From NCBI GenBank assembly GCA_964567665.1, contig CAZMNN010000004.1, positions 21,660-85,659 on the forward strand: a stretch of 64,000 nt of DNA, in the 5' to 3' direction. A program made the translations under genes and the position numbers. The notes under the pieces are model-generated. The model saw nothing but the letters and a program-made list of their open reading frames with translations. It was not told where the DNA came from and did not search any database. Shown in pieces: positions 47,747 through 56,679 of the stretch; the first letter of the stretch is position 1, and every line of letters starts with the position of its first letter. The stretch comes from an uncultured Lentisphaeraceae bacterium (GTDB taxonomy: Bacteria; Verrucomicrobiota; Kiritimatiellia; RFP12; UBA1067).

Positions 47747-47778
47747 TGCGCGTATTTGTGCGCAGGTTGTGTTTTTGG
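47747..47778 (+). terminator. possible terminator after the 855-aa gene
   Basis: Short stem TGCGC/GCGCA followed by GGTTGTGTTTTTGG. Confidence 0.3.
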
Positions 47779-47784
47779 TATAAT
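47776..47784 (+). promoter_or_regulatory. extended -10 promoter TGGTATAAT for asd
   Basis: A TTGTGC -35-like element sits 17 bp upstream. An AAGGAGT RBS lies before the ATG. Confidence 0.55.
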
Positions 47785-47814
47785 CACCGACCAACTTTTG
47801 TATCAAAGGAGTAG

Positions 47815-48831
47815 ATGATGGCTAAGGAGTATAAGGTTGGCCTTGTCGGCGTTGGAGCCGTCGGCACCGAGATGATCAAGGTTCTCAAGGACCGCAAGTT
47901 CCCGTGCGGGAAGGTGCAGGTGTTCGCATCCCGCGAACGCGATGAGCAGATACTTGGCGAAACGTACCATGTGCTGCCCGCCACTGAGGACAGTTTCGGC
48001 GGTCTGGACATCGTTCTTTTTGCGGGCAAGACGGATGTCGCCCTGCAGCTGCGCGACGCCGTGGTGAAAGCCGGCGCCAAGATGATCGACAACTCACGCG
48101 CATTCCGTCAGGATCCTGACGTTCCGCTCGTGGTGCCGCAGGTCAACGCAGAGGATCTCGACTGGAACAAGGGCGTGATCGCAAATCCGAACTGCACGAC
48201 GGCCATAATGCTTGAGGCGGTCGCACCGCTCCACAAGGCGAAGAAGCTGAAGCGCGTGATCGCCTCCACCTATCAGGCCGCCAGCGGTGCTGGCGCACCC
48301 GGACTTGCCGAACTTGAAACGCAGATGCGCGAGTACGTGGAGGGCAAGCCCCTCACGGTCAAGGCGTTCCAGCACCAGCTTACCTACAACCTCATTCCGC
48401 ACATCGACAAGTTCGATGAGACGAACTGGTATACGCTTGAGGAGCTTAAGATGCGCAACGAGGCGCGCAAGATGCTTCATGCGCCGGAACTGATGCTCTC
48501 CTGCACGTCCGTCCGCGTTCCGATTGCGCGTGCGCATTCCGAGTCGCTCAACCTTGAGTTCGAGGAGGACGTCACACCCGCTGAGGTGCGCGAGATCCTG
48601 TCCGGCGCCGAAGGCGTGAGGGTTGTCGACGATCCGCTCAACGGCGCGTATCCGATGCCTTTGGACGCCACGGCGAAATATGACGTTCTCGCCGGTCGCA
48701 TCCGTCAGGACATCTCCCGCAATGACAGGAAGGGTATCGACATGTTCATCTCCGGCGACCAGCTTCTTCGCGGCGCCGCGCTGAACGCCGTCGAGATCGC
48801 CGAACACCTCGTCAAGCGCGGTCTGGTCTGA
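47815..48831 (+). CDS. asd: aspartate-semialdehyde dehydrogenase
   Basis: KVGLVGVGAVGTEM NAD(P)-binding N-terminus and the active-site region NPNCTT. Confidence 0.95.
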   Translation: MMAKEYKVGLVGVGAVGTEMIKVLKDRKFPCGKVQVFASRERDEQILGETYHVLPATEDSFGGLDIVLFAGKTDVALQLRDAVVKAGAKMIDNSRAFRQDPDVPLVVPQVNAEDLDWNKGVIANPNCTTAIMLEAVAPLHKAKKLKRVIASTYQAASGAGAPGLAELETQMREYVEGKPLTVKAFQHQLTYNLIPHIDKFDETNWYTLEELKMRNEARKMLHAPELMLSCTSVRVPIARAHSESLNLEFEEDVTPAEVREILSGAEGVRVVDDPLNGAYPMPLDATAKYDVLAGRIRQDISRNDRKGIDMFISGDQLLRGAALNAVEIAEHLVKRGLV

Positions 48832-48856
48832 CGCATCCATCCACGGAGCGAATTCA

Positions 48857-49537
48857 ATGGCAAGGCAGCACGGGGTTGCGGGCGAGTGGGCGCGGGTGAG
48901 AGGCACAGTCCTCTCCCTCTGGCCGCTGTTCCTCTCCTTCGTGCTGCTTGGCGCATTCCTTTCCGCGCTTGTCATGAGTTCGCACACCTGGCTTTTCGCG
49001 CTGCTCTTCGTTGCGTCCCTCATCTCCGTTGCGGTGTACTGGCGGCGTGGAATGCGCAGGGTGGAAAGCTTCTTCAGGGGAGCGCGTGGCGAAGAGCGGG
49101 TCGCGGGCGTTCTCGGCGGACTGCCTGAAGCCTACCATGTGTTCCACGACTATGTGGCCGGCGGCGAACATGTGGATCATGTCGTCGTTGGTCCGGCCGG
49201 AGTGTTCTCCGTAGAGACGAAAAGCTGGCGTGGCGACGTGGCATTCGAGGATGGGCACATCCTTGTGAACGGCGCACTCCCTTCGAGGGATCCGCTTGCG
49301 CAGGCGAGGCGCGAGGCGGAGCAGGTGCGGACGAAGCTTAAGCGGCTTGGCTTCGGAATGTCGGTCGTCCCTGTGGTGTGCTTCGCATCCGACACCTTCA
49401 TTTCCGGGATGGCGGTGTGCGGAGCGGTGCAGGTGATGAACGCCGCCGCAATCCGCGATTGGCTTCTGTCGCTGCCCGAGAGCGTTTCCGGAAGCGACCT
49501 CGCAAGACTTGTTCAACTTATGGAGACTGGCAAGTGA
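48857..49537 (+). CDS. membrane-anchored NERD (nuclease-related domain) protein
   Basis: Two N-terminal TM helices, then NERD-like GE...VFHDY...VDHVVVGPAGVFSVETK. The stop overlaps the ctp start as GTGA. Confidence 0.65.
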   Translation: MARQHGVAGEWARVRGTVLSLWPLFLSFVLLGAFLSALVMSSHTWLFALLFVASLISVAVYWRRGMRRVESFFRGARGEERVAGVLGGLPEAYHVFHDYVAGGEHVDHVVVGPAGVFSVETKSWRGDVAFEDGHILVNGALPSRDPLAQARREAEQVRTKLKRLGFGMSVVPVVCFASDTFISGMAVCGAVQVMNAAAIRDWLLSLPESVSGSDLARLVQLMETGK

Positions 49538-51783
49538 GAAATTCTTTTTGCGGGCGCATCGCATCGCTGGCGTCTGCCGGGAGGTTCGGCCTCCTGCTCG
49601 TTGCGTTCACTGCCGCCTCGGCGGCGTTTGCGGACGCGACGAACTCTGCGGCGGCGCTTGAGCCGCAGCCATACTACGGCAAGGTTGCACAGGAGGTGCT
49701 GAAGCGGCTTGAGAAGAAGCACGTGCTGAGGCGTCCGTTCGACGATGAGATGAGCCGCAGGGCATGGACGAATCTCGTGTCGGGCTACGACTACAACCGG
49801 ATGGTTTTCCTTAAGTCGGACATCGACGGTTTCGCGAAGATGGAGACGCGGATAGACGACGCCCTTGCGAAGGGAGACGTGTCGTTCGTCTACGCAATGC
49901 ACAGCAGATTCCTGCAGCGCATCGCGGAAAGGGTCGATTTCGTCACAAACCTTCTGCATGGCGCAGAGTTCGACTTCTCTGTCGATGAAGACTACATGTG
50001 GAGACGGAAGGACGCCGAATGGCCTTCGACGGTTGACGAACAGAACGAGATATGGCGCAAGCGCATCAAGAACGAAATGCTGTCGATGGTCCTCGGCCGA
50101 GAACTTGACAAGGAGGAGGCCGACAGGGAGGCGGGTGGCAAGGACGAGGCTAAGAAGGATGCCGCCGCCGAAGACGGCGAAGACGACGATTTCAAGGAGC
50201 CTGAACTTACGCCGAAGGACAATCTCCTGAAGCGCTACCGCCAATACGCGCAGGTTCTTGCCGAGCCGGATGAGGAGATGGTGTTCCAGCGCTACATGAG
50301 CGCCGTGTGCCAGGCATACGATCCTCACTCGGACTACATGTCGCCGATGCGCAAGGAGGATTTCGACATGGACATGTCGCTCTCGCTTTGCGGCGTGGGA
50401 GCGGTGCTTTCGATGGATGACGGTGCGCTGAAGATAGTCGAGGTGATGAAGGGCGGTCCCATCGACCGCGACAAGCGCATCCGGCGCGGCGACAAGATTG
50501 TCGGCGTGGCGCAGGGTGACGGCCCGATCGAAGACGTGATGTACAAGCCTATGCGCAAGTCCATACGGAAGATCCGTGGCCCGAAGGGCACAAAGGTGGT
50601 GCTTGAGATAATTCCGCGCAGCGATCCCTCCGGCGCCACGCGCAAGCGCATACCCATCATAAGGGACGAGATAAAGCTTGACGAGCAGGCGGCCACCGGA
50701 AGGGTGGAGAAGGTGGTGCTGAACGGAGTCACCAACAGATTCGGCTATGTGAAGCTTCCGGGGTTCTACCGTACGTTCGACAAGCAGCCGGACGATCCTT
50801 CGTTCAGGTCTTGTTCTCTTGACGTCGCAAAGTACGTCGCACATTTCAACGCGATAGATTCGCAAGGCATGATTCTCGACCTTCGCGGAAACGGCGGCGG
50901 TGCGCTGCCTGAGGCCGTGTTCCTTGCGCAGCTTTTCCTTTGGCCGTCCTATCGCGGAAACCCTCTCCCGGTTGTGCTGATACGCGACCACAGGGGACTG
51001 CAGGCTCTGCCGGTGTTCGGGGATCAGCCGTGCTTTGCGTACCGCAAGCCGCTGATCGTGCTTACGGATCGTGCCTCGGCATCCGCTTCGGAGATTGTCG
51101 CCGGGGTGCTCAAGGATACGGGACGCGCACTCGTGATTGGAGACCACTCAACGCACGGAAAGGGGACTGTGCAGGAGGTTGTCGCACGTCTCGGACCGGA
51201 GAAGTACGGTTCGGTGAAGGTGACGACGTCCCGCTTCTACCGTGTGAACGGAAGTTCAACCCAGGTGAAGGGCGTAGAGGCGGATATCAATCTGCCGAGT
51301 TTCCTTGAGGAGCTTGACATCGGTGAGGACAAGCTTCCGAATGCGCTCCCGTGGACTCGTGTGCAAAGCGCTCCGCATCCGCAGGTCTGGAACCTGAATG
51401 CCTATGTAGGGGCGCTGACGGCACTTTCCGGTGCGCGTTTGAGGGACAATCCGAAATACGATGCGCACCTCAAGCTCGTGAAGCTGTTTCACGACAACGC
51501 CGAGACGAAGTCCGTGTCACTCGAACGGACGAAGCGTCTTGCCCAGATGCGCGAAGAGCGCGAGATGCGCAAAGCCGAGGACGCCGCCGATTTCGAGGAT
51601 GACGACGACTATGGCGATTCCGTGTCCGGAAAGAAGAAGGACGCGGCGAAGGATGACGTAGTGCTTTCGGAGGCGTTCAACATATTGGCCGATCTCGCCA
51701 AGCTTACCGGCGGAAACGATGCGCCGGATACGCCTGATGCGTCGTCGGCGGCGTTCTGGTCCATTTTTGGAGGTGACCGATGA
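49534..51783 (+). CDS. ctp: carboxyl-terminal processing peptidase (S41 family, PDZ-containing)
   Basis: PDZ region (KIVGV...) and the S41 core (ILDLRGNGGGALPEAVF...TDRASASASEI). Probable GTG start at 49534; the longest ORF begins at 49378. Unusually long acidic/lysine-rich C-terminal extension. Confidence 0.8.
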   Translation: MRNSFCGRIASLASAGRFGLLLVAFTAASAAFADATNSAAALEPQPYYGKVAQEVLKRLEKKHVLRRPFDDEMSRRAWTNLVSGYDYNRMVFLKSDIDGFAKMETRIDDALAKGDVSFVYAMHSRFLQRIAERVDFVTNLLHGAEFDFSVDEDYMWRRKDAEWPSTVDEQNEIWRKRIKNEMLSMVLGRELDKEEADREAGGKDEAKKDAAAEDGEDDDFKEPELTPKDNLLKRYRQYAQVLAEPDEEMVFQRYMSAVCQAYDPHSDYMSPMRKEDFDMDMSLSLCGVGAVLSMDDGALKIVEVMKGGPIDRDKRIRRGDKIVGVAQGDGPIEDVMYKPMRKSIRKIRGPKGTKVVLEIIPRSDPSGATRKRIPIIRDEIKLDEQAATGRVEKVVLNGVTNRFGYVKLPGFYRTFDKQPDDPSFRSCSLDVAKYVAHFNAIDSQGMILDLRGNGGGALPEAVFLAQLFLWPSYRGNPLPVVLIRDHRGLQALPVFGDQPCFAYRKPLIVLTDRASASASEIVAGVLKDTGRALVIGDHSTHGKGTVQEVVARLGPEKYGSVKVTTSRFYRVNGSSTQVKGVEADINLPSFLEELDIGEDKLPNALPWTRVQSAPHPQVWNLNAYVGALTALSGARLRDNPKYDAHLKLVKLFHDNAETKSVSLERTKRLAQMREEREMRKAEDAADFEDDDDYGDSVSGKKKDAAKDDVVLSEAFNILADLAKLTGGNDAPDTPDASSAAFWSIFGGDR

Positions 51784-52619
51784 AGATCCGTTTCACCAAG
51801 ATGCACGGCGCGGGCAATGATTTTGTGCTTGTGGATGACCGTGACGGCATGTTCCCCGAACGCGGCAACCTCATTGCGGCGATGGCCGCCGACCGCACCG
51901 GCATCGGCTGTGAGGGCGTGATCCTTGTGCGCGGATCGTCCAAGGCCGATTTCCGCATGACGTTCTACAATCCGGACGGCACGGAGGCGGAGCTTTGCGG
52001 CAACGGCTCTCGCTGTGTCGCCGCGTTCGCGAAGCGGATAGGTGCGGCGAAGTCGAGTTCGATGACGTTCGAGACCGGTGCAGGGCTTGTCGACGCCGAG
52101 ATAGTTGCAGACGGGCTTGTCAAAGTTTGGATGCCAGAGCCGCGCAACCGCAGATACGGCGTTGAGGTCAACGGTGCGACAGGCGGTTCGGCGGCGATCA
52201 CCGGCGATTACCTTGTGGTCGGTGTGCCGCACTTCATCGTTCCCGTCGGCAACGTCGCCAAGGTGGATGTCGAGATGGACGGACGCGCCCTGCGCCTTTC
52301 GGAACAGTTTGCGCCGAACGGAACAAATGTCGATTTCGTGCAGTATATCTCAACGTCCAAGGCAATCATCCGCACATATGAGCGTGGCGTGGAGGCCGAA
52401 TCAGGTGCGTGCGGGACTGGCGCCGTCGCGGCTGCCGTCGCAGGTGTTGAGGCGCATGGGATGTCGCTTCCAATGCACATACGTTCGTCGCAGGGATACG
52501 ATCTTGTTGTCGAGGGCGACTACCGCCAGTCGCAGGGCACGGGATTCACCCTCACCGGGCCGGTGCGCACGGTCTTCGACGGGGAGATAGACCTCGATTC
52601 CCTTGCAGTCGAGGCCTGA
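51780..52619 (+). CDS. dapF: diaminopimelate epimerase
   Basis: MKIRFTKMHGAGNDFVLVD and a second-half active-site Cys. The start overlaps the ctp stop as ATGA. Confidence 0.9.
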   Translation: MKIRFTKMHGAGNDFVLVDDRDGMFPERGNLIAAMAADRTGIGCEGVILVRGSSKADFRMTFYNPDGTEAELCGNGSRCVAAFAKRIGAAKSSSMTFETGAGLVDAEIVADGLVKVWMPEPRNRRYGVEVNGATGGSAAITGDYLVVGVPHFIVPVGNVAKVDVEMDGRALRLSEQFAPNGTNVDFVQYISTSKAIIRTYERGVEAESGACGTGAVAAAVAGVEAHGMSLPMHIRSSQGYDLVVEGDYRQSQGTGFTLTGPVRTVFDGEIDLDSLAVEA

Positions 52620-52670
52620 TCTGACGGAATCCGATCCGCCGCAGGTCTCCGCTCCCGCATTCTGCGTCTG

Positions 52671-52679
52671 GGCTATAAT
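52671..52679 (+). promoter_or_regulatory. -10 promoter GGCTATAAT for murC-murB (short leader)
   Basis: TATAAT ends 14 nt before ATG 52694, with no SD in between. Confidence 0.45.
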
Positions 52680-52693
52680 CCGCAGCGACAGCC

Positions 52694-54721
52694 ATGAAAG
52701 GAAAATATCATTTTGCCGGAATCGGCGGCGTCGGCATGGCCGGTGTCGCGTTCCTGCTCAAGGAGGCCGGATGCGATGTGTCCGGCTGCGATCTTCATTC
52801 CACACCGCGTACGCGCTGGCTTGAGGGGAACGGCATACATGTAGCCAAGGGGCATTCGCCGTCGCACATCGTGCAGGGTGTGGACGTATGCGTGTTCACT
52901 CCGGCCGTTCCCAAGGACAATCCGGAGTTCCTTGCCGCAAAGTCTGCGGGATGCAAAGTCAGGTATCGCGGGGAGGTGCTTGCCGATCTGTTCAACTCCA
53001 TGGAGGGAATAGCGGTATGCGGAACGCACGGCAAGACCACCACTGCGACGTTCATTGCAAAACTGCTTCGCGCCCTCGGCGAAGATCCGTCGTGGTGCAT
53101 AGGCGGAGAGACCGACGACTTTCCGGTGGCCGGCGCAGGATCTTCGGGATGTCTTGTCGCAGAGGCGGATGAGTCGGACGGCACACTTGCCCTGTATCGC
53201 GCAAAGACGCTTGTGGTGACGTCGCTCGACTATGACCATCCGGATCACTTCAAGACGTATGACGATTATCTCGCCTGCTATGACGCCGCCATCAAGGCGG
53301 CGGACTGCGTAATCAGGTCGTTTGAACTTCCGATGGACGACTGGCCGGAACTGCGGGAACTCGTGCTTGGCGAACACAACGTCCGCAACGCCCGCACGGC
53401 GGTTGAGGTTGCGCTCAGGCGCGGATACGGCCGAGAGGCCATACTTGCGGCTCTGCCGGATGCGCTGTCAGCATTGCCGGATCGCCGCTTTGAGACTGTG
53501 TGGCCGGAAGGGAGTGCGGCGAATGGCGGGTGCGAAGGGCGGATAACCGTCATCACAGACTATGCGCATCATCCGGCCGAAATCGCCTGCGCAGTATCGA
53601 TGGCGCGCTCGCTGAATCCAAGACGTCTGCGCGTGATGTTCCAGCCGCACAGGTATTCGCGCACAAAGGCGCTGCTCAACGACTTTCCTCCTGCGTTCAA
53701 GGGAGCGGATGAGACCGTCCTCGTGCCTGTCTATCCGGCGTTCGAGAAGCCGATGTCAGGCGGAGACATCGCCGACCTGTATCTTGCGTTCCGCCGATTC
53801 GGACAGCGTGGACTGATCCTTTCGCGCAGTGCGGATGAGGCGTGGCGGCATATGCGCCTTACGGCCATGCCTGGCGACCTGATAATGGTTCTTGGAGCGG
53901 GCGATCTCATAAATCTCCTTCCGCAGATCAAGGATGACATGGCGCATCTCTCAGATGCGGAGAGGGCGACAGAGGATCCGGTCGATCTTTCGCGGTTTTC
54001 CCTCTTCCACACAGGCGGCGTTTCATACGGGCGCGTTGTCAATGTGCGTCCACAGCAACGAATCGAAGCCGGGCGGCAGATTCGACGAGCTGTCATCGTC
54101 GGCGGCGGCTCGAACATGTGGTTCAGCGACTGCGCCACCGATTGCGACATCGTGAAAGCCCCGCCGGACAGTCAGGCGGCGAGACCTGGCGCATCGCTGC
54201 TTGCCGACCACCCTGAACTGTCGTTCATGGCCGGCATACCCGGAACGATTGGCGGATGGGCGAAGATGAACGCAGGGGCGTTCGGTGACAGCTTTGGAAA
54301 CCATGTGGAGTATGTCGTCGCAGACGGCAAAAAGATTCCCGCAGCTGAGTGTGGATTCGCCTACCGCAGATCTTCCATAGAGGGGCTTGTGACCGAGGTC
54401 GGCATTAAGCCGTCGGCAGCATCGTCCGTCGCTCCCGCCGAATACATCGCTCGGCGCAAAAGATTCCCGCCGCGTACGTGCGGCAGCGTGTTCAAGAATC
54501 CGTCTCCGCATCAGCCCGCCGGGAAGATTCTCGAAGAGTGTGGCGCAAAGTCGCTTCGCGTCGGCGGTGCGTACGTATGGGAAGGCCACGCAAACGTGAT
54601 CGTCGCCGGTGAAGGGTGTACGTCATCGGACATATTGGCTCTTGCAAGGCTCATGGCCGCCCGCGTACGCGACCGGTTCGGGATTCTTCTCGAACCTGAG
54701 ATATGCGGTCTCGACATATGA
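52694..54721 (+). CDS. murC: bifunctional UDP-N-acetylmuramate--L-alanine ligase / UDP-N-acetylenolpyruvoylglucosamine reductase (MurC-MurB fusion)
   Basis: The N-terminal ~460 aa is MurC (HFAGIGGVGMAGVA...GTHGKTTT). The C-terminal ~215 aa is a compact MurB (VIVGGGSNMW...GIPGTIGGWAKMNAGAFG...CGSVFKNP...ILLEPE). Confidence 0.85.
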   Translation: MKGKYHFAGIGGVGMAGVAFLLKEAGCDVSGCDLHSTPRTRWLEGNGIHVAKGHSPSHIVQGVDVCVFTPAVPKDNPEFLAAKSAGCKVRYRGEVLADLFNSMEGIAVCGTHGKTTTATFIAKLLRALGEDPSWCIGGETDDFPVAGAGSSGCLVAEADESDGTLALYRAKTLVVTSLDYDHPDHFKTYDDYLACYDAAIKAADCVIRSFELPMDDWPELRELVLGEHNVRNARTAVEVALRRGYGREAILAALPDALSALPDRRFETVWPEGSAANGGCEGRITVITDYAHHPAEIACAVSMARSLNPRRLRVMFQPHRYSRTKALLNDFPPAFKGADETVLVPVYPAFEKPMSGGDIADLYLAFRRFGQRGLILSRSADEAWRHMRLTAMPGDLIMVLGAGDLINLLPQIKDDMAHLSDAERATEDPVDLSRFSLFHTGGVSYGRVVNVRPQQRIEAGRQIRRAVIVGGGSNMWFSDCATDCDIVKAPPDSQAARPGASLLADHPELSFMAGIPGTIGGWAKMNAGAFGDSFGNHVEYVVADGKKIPAAECGFAYRRSSIEGLVTEVGIKPSAASSVAPAEYIARRKRFPPRTCGSVFKNPSPHQPAGKILEECGAKSLRVGGAYVWEGHANVIVAGEGCTSSDILALARLMAARVRDRFGILLEPEICGLDI

Positions 54722-54742
54722 TGCGACCTGGGCATATTCCGC

Positions 54743-54771
54743 TTGATTTCCGTGGCGGTTTTCTGTATCAT
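54743..54771 (+). promoter_or_regulatory. sigma-70 promoter TTGATT-17-TATCAT for pal
   Basis: 17-bp spacer. ATG 54824 is preceded by AGGAA. Confidence 0.45.
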
Positions 54772-54823
54772 ACACCCCGTTTTTCACGCAACAGACTTTA
54801 CAACAAGGAATGAGGAAAACGAA

Positions 54824-55384
54824 ATGAAGTTCTCTAAGACAATGATGGCCGTCATGGGAGCGCTCGCGCTTACGGTTGTGGGCTGCAAATACGATGATGC
54901 CGCAGGTGACGGCGATTTGGATGCAAGCAGCAAGTCGCGTGGTCAGAATGTTGATACCGTCGGCGGCGCAGCCGTTGACGAAACCGGTATGGCGGCCACT
55001 GAGCTTCCGTTCGACAAGGATTCCAACTATGCGCTTTGCACCGATGTCAGCTTCGCTCCGGTGTATTTCGGTTTTGACGCATCGAACCTTGCCCCGGCTG
55101 AACTCGACAAGATTGATGCTGTTGCCCGCCACCTCAAGGACAACGCAGACCGCGTCGTCATCATAGAGGGCAACTGCGACGAGCGCGGCTCGAACGAGTA
55201 CAACCTCGAACTTGGCAGCCTTCGTGCGATATCCATCCGCGACTATCTCGCCAATCTCGGAATTGACGCCAACCGCGTCCAGACGAAGAGCTACGGTGAG
55301 GAGAAGCCCGCAGTCATGGGAACGGGCGAAGAGGTTTGGGCGCAGAACCGTCGCGGCGAATTTGCCGTGTACAGGCACAAGTAA
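54824..55384 (+). CDS. pal: peptidoglycan-associated lipoprotein (OmpA-family, Pal)
   Basis: Lipoprotein signal ...LTVVGC. OmpA-like domain motifs (FDASNL...IEGNCDERGSNEYNLELGSLRA...NRRGEFAV). Confidence 0.8.
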   Translation: MKFSKTMMAVMGALALTVVGCKYDDAAGDGDLDASSKSRGQNVDTVGGAAVDETGMAATELPFDKDSNYALCTDVSFAPVYFGFDASNLAPAELDKIDAVARHLKDNADRVVIIEGNCDERGSNEYNLELGSLRAISIRDYLANLGIDANRVQTKSYGEEKPAVMGTGEEVWAQNRRGEFAVYRHK

Positions 55385-55399
55385 GGTTTCGACCGCCAG

Positions 55400-55918
55400 A
55401 TGTTCGCCTTTGTGCTTGATTCTGTAGGAGGCGGCGAGTGGCTGGTGCTGCTCGCCGTCATTCTTATCGTCGTCGGCCCGAAGAACCTTCCGTCTGCAGC
55501 CCGGAAGATGGGGCAGATCATGACGAAGCTGCGTCGCGCCGCAGATGAGTTCAAGCGTCAGCTGATGACGATGGACGAGGAGATGAAGAAGACCGCCGAC
55601 GAGATTAAGCGCGACTACATCGACATTCCCGACGATTCCGTCGGAGGCGATCGCGCCGTCTCGGAGAGTGCGGAGGCGACAGCCGATCCGATGGCGGATG
55701 GCCCATACGGCGGCGATTACCCTCAAGGCTATCCAGAGGCGGACTATTACGGAATGACGGACGAAAACGGCCATGAGGTCGCTTCGACGCCAGATGGCGA
55801 GGTTGCGGCGGCGCAATCCCAGCCTGTTGCAGATGGCAATGTTGATCAGTCGGCTCAGCCGACGGTAGAGTCAGGGGAAGAAAATGGGCAAGATACGGGA
55901 AATACTCAAAAATCCTGA
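55400..55918 (+). CDS. tatA: twin-arginine translocase TatA/TatB-family protein
   Basis: N-terminal TM helix plus amphipathic helix (GEWLVLLAVILIVVGPKNLPSAARKMGQIM...) and an acidic tail. Confidence 0.7.
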   Translation: MFAFVLDSVGGGEWLVLLAVILIVVGPKNLPSAARKMGQIMTKLRRAADEFKRQLMTMDEEMKKTADEIKRDYIDIPDDSVGGDRAVSESAEATADPMADGPYGGDYPQGYPEADYYGMTDENGHEVASTPDGEVAAAQSQPVADGNVDQSAQPTVESGEENGQDTGNTQKS

Positions 55919-56660
55919 CTCAGTCAACGATCCGCCGCGTCCCTTCTTTGAACATATCGTCGCGCTGCGCCAGTGTCTCATGCACGCGGCGTTGGCGTGG
56001 GTTGTCTCATGCATAGTCGCCGGCGTCTTCTCGCCAAATGTGCTTGACTGGCTCAAGTCGCCAGCGGCGGCTCTTGAGGCGGCGGACAAGCTGCACATTG
56101 AGGGTCTTGACCTGATGAGCGGATTCTCCGCCATCATCTCGATTGCGATGTGGGGCGGAACCGCGCTTTCGTTTCCGTTCGTGATGTATTTTCTTCTGCG
56201 CTTCATCTTCCCGGCGCTCACGAAGCGTGAGAAGGTGGCGATATTGTTCTATCTTGTCGCCGGGGCGTCATGCTTTGCCGTGGGTGTGTGGTTCTCGTAT
56301 TCTCGGATCGCGCCGCGCGCCGTCGAATTCTTCGACTGGCTGAACTCGTGGGTGCATCTGCCTGTGACGACGGTCAGGATCGAGGGGTACATCTCAATCG
56401 TCCTGAAGCTCATCATAGCGTTTGGCCTTGTGTTCCAGATTCCGCTCATACTTTTTGTCCTCGGTTGGCTCGGTGTGATAACGTCCGATATGCTGAGGAA
56501 GTACCGCAAGTTCGCCATCGTGATCGCGTTCTTCCTCGGAATGGTGCTTACCCCGCCGGATCCGATGAGCCAGATACTGATGGCGGTTCCGCTCTGCATC
56601 CTGTACGAGATGTGCGTGTGGGGCGTGTGGGCGAAGGAGCGTCTCGGCATCAGGCTGTGA
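55884..56660 (+). CDS. tatC: twin-arginine translocase subunit TatC
   Basis: FFEHIVALRQCLMHAALAW... with 6 TM helices typical of TatC. Overlaps the tatA 3' end. Confidence 0.85.
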   Translation: MGKIREILKNPDSVNDPPRPFFEHIVALRQCLMHAALAWVVSCIVAGVFSPNVLDWLKSPAAALEAADKLHIEGLDLMSGFSAIISIAMWGGTALSFPFVMYFLLRFIFPALTKREKVAILFYLVAGASCFAVGVWFSYSRIAPRAVEFFDWLNSWVHLPVTTVRIEGYISIVLKLIIAFGLVFQIPLILFVLGWLGVITSDMLRKYRKFAIVIAFFLGMVLTPPDPMSQILMAVPLCILYEMCVWGVWAKERLGIRL

Positions 56661-56679
56661 CGACGGGCGAAATCCGCCG

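Noticed and set aside
49513-51147. 544-aa minus-strand ORF opposite ctp
   Set aside because: Antisense to a recognisable S41 peptidase.
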